The notes beneath the pieces are model-generated. The model was not told the DNA's origin and ran no database searches. It worked only from the letters and a program-made list of their open reading frames with translations. A DNA stretch of 64,000 nucleotides from Bugula neritina (lineage: Eukaryota; Animalia; Bryozoa), in NCBI GenBank assembly GCA_964035545.1, contig OZ037773.1:8399751-8463750 (forward strand), read 5' to 3'. The translations under genes were made by a program, and so were the position numbers. Positions 53,496 through 64,000 of the stretch are shown here, piece after piece; within the stretch, counting starts at the first letter, position 1; each line of letters opens with the position of its first letter.

Positions 53496-55432
53496 ATTTC
53501 TATACCTCTGAATGAGGAAGCAACTTCTTCTGTAAGATTACTGATGCCAATAACCATAACGTGTAAATGTGGAAATAGCTGGACAAGAGAAAACAACTGC
53601 TGATGTGTATAAAAAGGTATATTATATACTACAACTTTTTAACCCCTGGAGTGCAACAAAGGCAGGAAGCTGTTGTGTAATGTTGTGCTTTAAAATATTG
53701 AGCTATTTCTGACATGATAACATAATATATTTAAATTCTGCCAGTGAAGTGCATTACTCCTGCTTATTACCCAAGCTGAAAGCATGTGTTCACATGAAAG
53801 GATGAATCTTAAAGCTTGTAAGATATGATTTGCTCCAGTTTCACAAAACTGATTGCAGACAAAGGAGTTAAGGAAACTTCGCAGACTTTGTGATGATTGT
53901 AGTGTTGAGATTCCCCACTAGCCCTATAGTACAATGGGTCTTGCAAGTTAAACGTCTTGAAGCTTGATTGAAGGAGGGGGGAGGGGGGCAAAAGTTTTTA
54001 CAGGAAACTGAGCAGTATTTCTACTTCTTCACAGTAAGAAGAATTGTTATACACAAAAATTAAAATTATACAAAAACATCAATCAGTTGTATTTTAACAA
54101 TATATGCTTTAAAGCTCATTGTAGCCAGTTTATATATCTTAACACAGTGCAAGCAGCATAGTAGTGCTTGCTAAATCATCTACATAGTTACTGTTTATAC
54201 AATGCCAACGCTAGATTATGCAATAAAACAGAAAGGATATAATTGATTGCCAAATATGGAGGCATGTAATGATTAAATACAATTATACCAGCTCTGCATA
54301 CTCTATTACTGTAATAGCAGCAATTATGCATATCTATGAGGGAGTTGTTCTCTCTAAACTATTAATAGATTTTATATAGCTAAGCCTGTTAATCTATTCC
54401 ACAGTCTTGATTTAAAGTGCAACTATAAACACACCAAGTTGTGTAATAACTTTGCCGTTAGGGCATTTCAATGTTAAAAAGCAACTGCTTTGTGATTTCA
54501 GTCCTAAACAAAATTTTTGCCTAAATAGTGTATAAATACTCAGGTTGGTCATTTTAAATAAAGAATATTTGTGCGTATAGAATCTCTTTAACATGAAGTA
54601 AAGTACTAGCAAAGTTCCTAGTTATATGGCTTATAAACTTCGTTGACTTTTATAATACTTTTATATACTCCAATTATCAATAGATCTGGTTGAAATACAA
54701 TTGAGCTCTAAATTTTGGCACATATTAGACACCCTAGTGTGTTAATTTAGCAAAATTTGTTTGAGTTAAGAATGTTTGTTGTTCTAGACTGTGTGATGGT
54801 TGTAGACTACCACCTACTCAGTAGAAACGGCTGCCCATTACCCTAACATAAAGTATGTAGATGTACACTTCCCTTCTGCATACATTACGCTCTCCATGAT
54901 GGCTATTGAGCAACATCTCATTGGTATTTATTCGAATAAGCTGATAATTATACTAATTAGTTATGGGTTGCCTGCCTTAATTAAGGATGCGGTGAGTTAT
55001 TCTTTTATGTTAGCTCATTCACTGCCTAAAGCTGCCATCTTAACTACCTGCTGCCATTGTTATTCTAAGCATCTGCAAGTCTTGGTTTCCTCAAGAATTC
55101 ACTAAAGTAAAGGTAAGTTACAATCTTGCTGTATCCTTATATTTTGTTTATTGTTAGTGTTATGTGAACATCAAATTTGTTTCTAGCAACTTGCTCGTTA
55201 AAGGTATGGCAAAGAACTTTTCTTTCTACGTTGTAGAATACATTTGATTCCTCACAGTTTTAAGAACATTTATCTGCAGGCTTTTCTTATTCACAAGTTG
55301 ACCTATAAGTTTATAAATATTTTAATTATGAATGTATAAAAATAGTTACAAGTCAAAAACCAGTCTTTTGTACAAACTTAGAGCTTCATTTTGTCTAAAT
55401 TCTGCTTGACCAGTTGGATGGTGAGGCTTCAT

Positions 55433-55530
55433 ACCAGACTCTCATTTAGACTGAGTACCAGACTCTTATTTAGACTGAGTACTAGACTCTTATTTAGACT
55501 GAGTACCAGACTCTTATTTAGACTGAGTAC
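55433..55530. repeat. 24-nt repeat x4 (ccagactcttatttagactgagta)
   Basis: Direct reading. Confidence 0.9.
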
Positions 55531-56671
55531 TATACGTTCCTTTAGAAAGATAAGGTTCAATAAAAGCAATATACAGACCTGTACATTCTGCAAATAATTT
55601 TATTTGCATTAGAATGCAGTATTGAAAGTGGACATGCTGCTACCTGGTTTACAGCTACATAGTTTATGTAATGAAAATATATTTATATTATATATTGTTT
55701 TCTGTATAAAACAAGCTAAATGTATACAATTTTTGTTAAATGCTATTCTTTACCTCTCTTGCATCTATTTTCTATAAGATGAATGCATTTTATATAATTT
55801 TATTTATGTTTCAAGAAAGTAAATGCTCGTTTTAAATATGAAGAGATTCAGCTTTTACACAAACCAGTTGCTTATAAGCTAAGTAATGCACAATTGGACA
55901 ATGACTTTGAACAGCCTCAAAATTAGATATAATTATGTACTAGTACATGGGATACTGCATTAGTCTTAATAATTACCAATAATAGCATTAGGACTGTCTA
56001 TACCTTTGCTTATCTATTTGACTAGACATTATACAGCACCTGCCAGCTATGTATATTATAGCTAGCATAGGTTATAATTGCATTGTGTGCATAACTCCCA
56101 AAGAGTTAATCTGATTCATCATAGTCTGAGCCTATTTAACCTAATTTGCACCATCTGGGAAGATTTAATAACAATACAATGAAACTGATTCTGTGAAAAC
56201 CATTAGACTTATTTACTAAATCAACTAATTGGTTCTTCATTGTTTCTCTTATTTCCTTGTACCAAAGATGGCTATTTTATTAGCTATCATTAGAGCACCT
56301 GCTTTTGGAGCACCTGTTATTGCTGCCACATGCAGGGCAATTGCTGTTGGTATGTAAACTTCAAGATGTATTCCCATATATAACATAGCATTTGTAAAAC
56401 CTTTGTCTACCTTCAAACAAGGACACAAATATAAGTTCAAGCAAAGTAAATTAAACTTAAAGAATAATTTTAGAAAATATGGGTTTTCCGTGGTGATTGG
56501 ATGGACATCAAACAATAGTTGTTTTCCCATTCATACAGCTATCACTTGTATAATTTTTCAACGTGTTTTCACAAATTAAAAAAAAACTTAGCCAAAATGT
56601 GTTTTTATGACTAGTATTTGCTAGATGTTCTGATAAAATAAAGAGTGAATTTTTCTGTTTACCTTTTTCAG

Positions 56672-59600
56672 ATGAATTCATTCGATGACGCTGGTAGATC
56701 CACTGCAACCATGCAGTTCAGTCTAGCCCAAAATCCAAGAAGCTCTCAGTCACCTTCAAGAGGGGTGAAGATGGTCAGGCATGCTGATCTCCCAAAGCAG
56801 GTAAAATAATAAAATGAAGAGCTAGAGCTATGAAATATTTCAAACTATAACTTAATCTATAAATTTCTGTACATGACTAAAAGTTGCTAGGACATTACAA
56901 AGTGAACAAAAATTTAGCACAATGCCCGAGTATATACTCCATTTACTACTGCAAAAAAATCAGATTTAGCTGACCTATTAGACATGGGTTTGCTGAAGTT
57001 AGATTTGTGTAGGTTTTCAAATTCTAATCACTGGCTTCAGTTTGTGAATGCAGGGCAACTTTTTAGCCTTATACTAAAACACTCTAAGACTGTGCACACT
57101 CTCTCAAAGTTTGCTAGAATAGACTGAGACTTCTGTAATGTATGAGCTAAATGTTGTGGATGTACACAAATATATCAAAGTAGGAGTGTGCTTTGTTGGC
57201 TATTTCGCTGGAGCTTAGTCTACATCCTGCAGCTCCAGTGTAATTATTCTGCTGCAAATGCAGATCAAAGTATCTATAGCTTCCAATCAGCTGTAATAAA
57301 ATACAAGGAATTCCTAAAGCATTATAAGAGAACTGTTAGCTGCCTACATAACATAGTATAATAATATCCTTTTATTACACTCAGTATTTTCAAAGGTCAC
57401 ATAATCAGAGTACGTCAGATGGTGGAATGCTTTCGCATCTCATCCCTGCAGTAGCTGCAATCTAAGCTACAGGCTTTAGTTAGACAAGTGTAACACACCT
57501 TCTGATTGCTACTAAGATATTCGAATCGAAAAAGCATCTTAGAAAATGATGCTTTGTGAATGAGAACTGTTGTAATAGTAGCAGAGCTGTTTATAGTTTT
57601 GCTAAAATTGACTGCAGACACGAGTATAGTTTTTTCACCATAAATTCAGCCACCATGGCTACAGAAATTTAATTGTTTTATAAAATTGAGATGGAAAGAT
57701 TTGAAAATGTTTGCAGTAATAAATGCAGTATATGCAATCATAAACTAAATTAGTTTTACATGAGCTTTCCTGCAGCAATTAAAGAGTTGGCTACCTAATA
57801 ACAACATTGTATATAGGAATAAAGCTTTTAAGTTAGTCAGTAACTACAGCACGATATTAGGGGGTGCAGGTCAGTACCGCCATAGTTTGCTGTGCTCTGA
57901 TTTTGGGCTAAAGTTATGGTCATTTCAGCAAATTTCTCTAAAATTTCATCTCTTGATTTCACAGGGCATGCAGCAGTCTTCTTCGTCTAGTTATCCTTCA
58001 CACTACCAGCAGCAGCAGTACCAACCGGCACAGCAGCAATACCAGCCACCCCAGCAGCAGTACCAACCGGCACAGCAGCAGTACCAGGCAGCACCACAGC
58101 AGCAGTACCAACCACCAGCTCAATATCCTCCCACACAGCAATTACAGTATCAACCACAACAAGATTTTCGCTCCAACTATGACCAATCCTCCAGTGGTAC
58201 TCTCATATCAAACAATATTACTAGTTATTTGTGATGCGACAATGCTAATATTATACTTTATTCCCATATAGTGCATTCTAACTTACCTCTTCAATATAAT
58301 TCATGCTACACTTAAATAATATATTTTGCTATAAAGTTATATTATAGAGTTTTATTAAATCATATTTGTAATGGTTATATTATTGTTATAGTATTTAGAT
58401 ATACATTATTATATTGAGTAATATTATAGTTACATTATTATATTTATATTATTATATTATCTAATGAAGGTAACAACCTTGTGATGTTTATTTTTAGAAT
58501 TTAGCCAGCAGGCACCCACTGCTAATGCAGGTGGTAAATATGGCCCCAAACCTATGAAGAAGTGGGCTCCTAGGAACACCCCCTCAAACCAGGTGAGAGA
58601 GAGATAAGTTTGCTGGTTGTAATAGTAACTAGCAATAGCAGGTGGTGAATCAAACAATTAAGTTCAAAGTTTCCATCTGGTGACCCTCCTAGAGGTGTAT
58701 TACATGTCTATTATTGCACAACCTTTTATCTCGGCAGCCACCCCCCTCCTATCGTATCTCAGCTAACCGGGTTGTTGAAGTGACCTTCACATTCCTCAGA
58801 GGCATGGAAGTACTACAGAATGCTGTATTTTACTTTCGTAGAGTCATTTGCTTTTGACAGAAGTTTATTGGGTGAAAAAAAGTTAAATAACTTTCTCAAT
58901 TTGACATAAAATGAAACTGTATGGGTTATGAAGCCACTAAAAGCAAATGGCTATAAAATGAGCACTAAACATATAACAGCTAGCTGTGAAATTGAAAAGC
59001 TAATTTATTGTTTGTAGTTAAAAAAAACCAATATAATAATCATCCATTATTTTAAAATCATGATTGGTTCAATATACATGTGATCATACATCATACATCT
59101 GTGATAAAATATACAATAATCATGCATGAATTTAGCAGGCTGCGAGTAGTGAGTCAAGTAGAGTAGATAACTCTCACTCTGCACAACCACACAGCCAGAG
59201 GCAGCAACATGTGGGCGGATCTGCGACGACAGCATTGCCCCAGGTTGAGCAGCAACAGGTATGTATAATGCTATCCATCATGCTATGTCAAAGGTTTAAC
59301 ACATACAGGTCTATACAGTAAAATATAACACAGTAAAATCTAACAGAGTAAGATATTATAATGAAGTAAAATATATAATACAGGGTGTAGTACTAACACT
59401 AACTTGTAGCAGCATGGTGTTGGCACTAACATCAACTTGTAAATAATTTTAGTACTACAAATGCCATAGTTATCATGCTTATTTTTAGATATTAACTCCA
59501 ACTTTAGTTTTTGAACAGAATAAAACATAAGTCTAAAATATAATAAACAGCGTTAGGTGATTTATTCAATGGTTTATATTGTTTTGGTTGATTTGCAGCA

Positions 59601-62600
59601 TTGTTGATTATTTTGTTAATTCACATGGTTTTTCTAGATGTTTCCTTTTCACATTTCTACAGTTAATAGGTATGCTATGAACTGTTTTATCTAACAGTGC
59701 CTAAACAATGCTTTACCCTCTAGCAGCGTCGTCTAATACCCCAGAGTAGAGACACCCATACCTTTTGTACAATGTGTTACCACTAGTCAACCACTATGTC
59801 ATCAACTGCTATTTGGGTTCGCTCTGAATTACAACTTACAAACAATGCCTAATGTGAAAATTTACAGAGCGCCCAATACTCTTGTTAACACAGCTCTGAT
59901 GTCTTGTCGAAAACCAACTGCCAACTTCTACATCTTTAGGAAAAGCTTTGATATTAAAAAATCAAACTGCCATAAGCAACATGGCTGTAGTAGAAGGAGA
60001 GTAGCCACTATATTCTTCCAGGCTCTGAAACAACCTTGACCTTGCATGCTGACCCTCGTGTCATGTCGCTTGTTATGATAACTTTGTACTCTTATAAATT
60101 ATATTACGATTTATGCTGTTACCTACCATATCTTCTCTGCACCAGTAACTACCACTCAAAGGTCATCACAAAGCTCTTGTTTTAGGCTAACAAACCAAAC
60201 TGGAAGCAGAGGCAACAGGATATGACCTCACAGAGTGCAGGAAGCCAACAACTCCCAACAGGGAGACCGAAGCAGCCTGCGACTTCTGCACGGCCAGCCA
60301 AGCCGGCCCACACTCTACCAGAATCAAGTGGTCCAATCATGAAGGGAGTGGCCAACTCCGCAGCAATGGCAATAGAGGCAACTGCTGAGATACAGGGTGG
60401 GTAGAGGCAACTGCTGAGATACAGGGTGGGTAGAGGCAACTGCTGAGATACAGGGTGGGTAGAGGCAACTGCTGAGATACAGGGTGGGTAGAGGCAACTG
60501 CTGAGATACAGGGTAGGTAGAGGCAACTGCTGAGATACAGGGTGGGTAGAGGCAACTGCTGAGATACAGGGTGGGTAGAGGCAACTGCTGAGATACAGGG
60601 TGGGTAGAGGCAACTGCTGAGATACAGGGTGGGTAGAGGCAACTGCTGAGATACAGGGTGGGTAGAGGCAACTGCTGAGATACAGGGTGGGTAGAGGCAA
60701 CTGCTGAGATACAGGGTGGGTAGAGGCAACTGCTGAGATACAGGGTGGGTAGAGGCAACTGCTGAGATACAGGGTGGGTAGAGGCAACTGCTGAGATACA
60801 GGGTGGGTAGAGGCAACTGCTGAGATACAGGGTGGGTAGAGGCAACTGCTGAGATACAGGGTGGGTAGAGGCAACTGCTGAGATACAGGGTGGGTAGAGG
60901 CAACTGCTGAGATACAGGGTGGGTAGAGGCAACTGCTGAGATACAGGGTGGGTAGAGGCAACTGCTGAGATACAGGGTGGGTAGAGGCAACTGCTGAGAT
61001 ACAGGGTGGGTAGAGGCAACTGCTGAGATACAGGGTGGGTAGAGGCAACTGCTGAGATACAGGGTGGGTAGAGGCAACTGCTGAGATACAGGGTGGGTAG
61101 AGGCAACTGCTGAGATACAGGGTGGGTAGAAACGTATGCTCCGGCAAGTTAGACTTTGTGATAGTAGGTTTACTTGTTACTGCCAGTTATAGAATTTCAT
61201 ACTTTAGTGATTGCAAGCCTTGTGAAAAACTTGATTTGAATATTTACTAATATTTGTATCTATATTTACTGTATAATTTACAGGTGTATACTCTATGTAT
61301 CTACTGTGTACTCTATATATCTACTGTATACTCTATGTATCTACTGTATACTCTATGTATCTACTGTATACTCTATGTATCTACTGTGTACTCTATGTAT
61401 CTACTGTGTACTCTATGTATCTACTGTATACTCTATGTATCTACTGTGTACTCTATGTATCTACTGTGTACTCTATATATCTACTGTATATGTGACTCAC
61501 AGGTATATAATCTATGTAATTACTGTTCAGGTGTGAGGAACAGGATGGCCACTTTGAGACAGGAAGCAGACAAGGCCAATGAAAGGGCAGATGAGATGCA
61601 GAAGACGGTGTCTGAATTGACTCAGAGATTGTACGAGACGGAGAAGGAGCGCGACAGCTTACACAAGTATGTCACACAGGCTAACTCGCGAACTTCTGCT
61701 AACTTATTGATAGGATAAAACAACCCAGCAAAGGCTACCAGTAGAATGATTTTCGTAATTTGTTGGGACTAAAATTTTAGATACAGTTGTAAGTAAGACC
61801 GGTAGATGCAGTAATGGAAAATTAAAAAAAAGAGATGCCATAGATCAGAAATGTAGCAAAATAAGTTATGTGCCCACAAGATATTCAACTCAAGCTAAAT
61901 CTTCTAAAGAAAATTAAAGAACTTGGGCTACTGAAGTTTCTTCTTTACTGCATGTAAATATTGCTCCATGCACTGGTTGCAGGCAGAAAGATGATCTAGA
62001 AGATAAAGTGTTCAAAGCGGAGAGTGAGTACAGAGTGGTCTCCGAGAAACTAACCGAGACGGACAGAAATCTGGCCAATCAGCAAAATGCGGTACTAAGT
62101 CTATATGTCGTCTGCTAGATTTTTCTTCTCTCTTTCTTAGTATTTAGCTAAAACGAATTCGATGTACAACATCCTTTATAGAATAAAAACCATGATGGGC
62201 ATCACAAATAATAGTTGCATTGCGACGTGAGAGGAGTTGTCTTCTAATTTATCGAGTAACATAGAGCTGTAAAGGGTTGTTTAGTACTTATGTCCTGAGT
62301 ACGTTTCAGATGAAAGGGTTGACAGAGAAGATGAACTACATGGAGAGGGCAGAGGAGACATATAAGCAGCAGATGCACGACACAAATGAGAGAAGCTCCA
62401 AGGTAGGTGTGAGGTCCACTTTTAGCAGCTCTACTCTAACATGACTGGATGTACACAAGGTAGGTGTGAGGTCAACTTTTACAGTTCTACTCTAACATGA
62501 CTGGATGTACACAAGGAAATTTTGTGAGTCACTCAAAGGAAGGCAGAAAGTTAAACAAAGGAGTGATGATTCAGCTTAATTATTATCATTTTCATTCCGA

Positions 62601-63377
62601 TTTACATTAACATCCTGAGAGAATTATACATTTGAAACCAGTACATATATAGATTTACTATTCATCAAATATAATTAACCAATCCTTAATGCCAATTGTT
62701 TTTAATAAAATATGATATGCAACTAAAACCATAAGTCGCAAGATAAAAAACTTTAAAATGATGCAATTGCAAGGAGTTGATCCTAATTAAAAATATTTTT
62801 TATTTGAATAAAACTTTCAAATTAGATGTTGACTTTCAAACTTCAACAATAAATATCATATAGATGAGTAGAATGCATTTCAACTGTCTTATAGCTAATC
62901 ATGAAACTTGTAATAATTTCAGTTTGACCAGATGGCCCAGGACTACAAGAGGTCTTTGAGCAAGATGCAGATGGATAATGACAAGCTGGAACATGATTTG
63001 TCAAGTTACGCTGATAAGGAGAGACAACTACAACAGCAACTCAAGGAAGCTGAAGATCGGGTAAATGACATCCAATATTATATATGGCTCTCTTAGATAT
63101 AATACGTTTAATTAACATGACGATATTAAACCCGCTATCGTCTGCTCCGGCTAATAACCCGGATGTGAACGCAGGTAGTAGAGCTGAACAGCACGGTGGC
63201 CAGAATGCAGGCAGAGAATACGCAGATGGAGAGAGCCATGGCCGAGTCCAAGAGAATGAAAGACAAACTGGGACAAGTTGAGCGCAAAGCAGCCGACTAC
63301 CACCGCCATTCAAATCTCATGCAGCAGGAGGCTCAGAACATTAGCCAAGAGCTAAGGGCAGCCACTGAGAAAGAGAG
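56672..63377 (+). CDS. Tropomyosin-like coiled-coil protein with long Q/P/S-rich disordered N-terminus (continues beyond window)
   Basis: Phase-compatible exons 56672-56800, 57965-58196 (QQQYQP repeats), 58498-58592, 59139-59258, 60186-60396, 61531-61666, 61983-62091, 62310-62402, 62932-63060, 63175-63377. IQGVRNRMATLRQEADKANERADEMQ...ETEKERDSLHK resembles a tropomyosin N-terminus and is followed by heptad-rich sequence. The start codon is uncertain. Confidence 0.7.
60373..61130 (+). repeat. 29-nt minisatellite, about 26 copies, made of the exon end plus donor (agaggcaactgctgagatacagg|gtgggt)
   Basis: Near-perfect copies (one g>a variant near 60515); the first copy is coding (EATAEIQG). Confidence 0.95.
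61283..61490 (+). repeat. 20-nt minisatellite (ctactgt[a/g]tactctatgtat) just upstream of the acceptor at 61530
   Basis: Direct reading, about 10 copies. Confidence 0.9.
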
Positions 63378-63720
63378 GTTAGTTTATAGGGTGGTTAGCT
63401 TACGCCCCATTCATGGTGACGTGGTACACTGCTAAGTACTGGTCCAGTGACCACTTGAGTGTTATAATGTGCCATATTGAGTTATATTGTGTCATAACTG
63501 AATTGTAATGTATCATAACTGAGTTATAATGTGTCACAGCTGAGTTATAATGTGTTACAATCAGGTTATAATGTATCATAACTGAATTATAGCAATAACT
63601 AACAGCGTGAAAAAGTAAGACCCAATTTGGTACTAATTTATGAAAGTGAACAGCCCAAGGTGTGCAAGTTTTGAAGTTATGCTTTAAGAATGTTACAAGA
63701 ATATTAGTTACACCAATTTC

Positions 63721-63841
63721 AGGTGAAAATGGCACACTGATGTTAAATTTACCCACACCCCAGCCTCCAAACTCAAACCTCCAGTATTGAAAATGTGCCA
63801 TTTTTACCTACTTTTCCATTTGTGCCATTTTTACCGGACAC
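63721..63841. mobile_element. MITE family B copy, opposite orientation
   Basis: aggtgaaaatggcacac ... C-rich core ... tgtgccatttttaccggacac, the reverse complement of the left end at 20815. Confidence 0.7.
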
Positions 63842-64000
63842 TAGTTGGACCATAGGTTGATATAGTATGGGCTTTAAAACCACAGTCATTAAGTAGGAAG
63901 CTTTTTTCCAACTCTAAATACATTTGAGGCTGCCACTTAAAGGGTGTTGGAATATTATCATCTAGCACGGGGATGTTACATTCACAGATACCTAAATGAG

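Noticed and set aside
56268-56349. Hydrophobic mini-exon (MAILLAIIRAPAFG...) as signal peptide of the coiled-coil gene
   Set aside because: Its phase-1 donor joined to the acceptor at 56671 gives a stop within a few codons; more likely 5'UTR/uORF or not an exon.
60373-61130. 29-nt repeats as a CRISPR array
   Set aside because: Head-to-tail with no spacers, no cas genes, and located in a eukaryotic intron.
60182-61147. Minus-strand 246-321 aa ORFs
   Set aside because: Antisense translation of the 29-nt minisatellite, open in all frames.

Overview
AT-rich, intron-dense animal genomic DNA, probably an invertebrate (lophotrochozoan-like; taxon not provable from this window). Seven spliced protein-coding genes can be reconstructed by hand with consistent GT-AG phases: (1) a secreted Thr-rich mucin-like gene (- strand, runs off the left edge), head-to-head with (2) a complete 15-exon NXF1/TAP mRNA export factor gene (6510-18983); (3-5) three SLC18B1-like MFS transporter paralogs (one on +, two recently duplicated on -); (6) an intron-poor FAD-dependent amine/L-amino-acid-oxidase-family gene (-); and (7) a tropomyosin-like coiled-coil gene with a long Q/P-rich disordered head (+, runs off the right edge). 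The strongest observation is that NXF1 carries the conserved cassette of a 110-nt exon, an intron and a 37-nt exon. The 3.2-kb U-rich intron extends the reading frame by 17 codons to a stop and contains islands of stem-loops but no canonical CTE, so it is a candidate non-canonical intron-retention/export autoregulatory element. The second observation is that many of the tandem repeats start at, end at, or contain a splice site, creating arrays of decoy donors and acceptors. Several small TIR (MITE-like) families and long microsatellites are also present. Most long ORFs in the supplied track are repeat artefacts.
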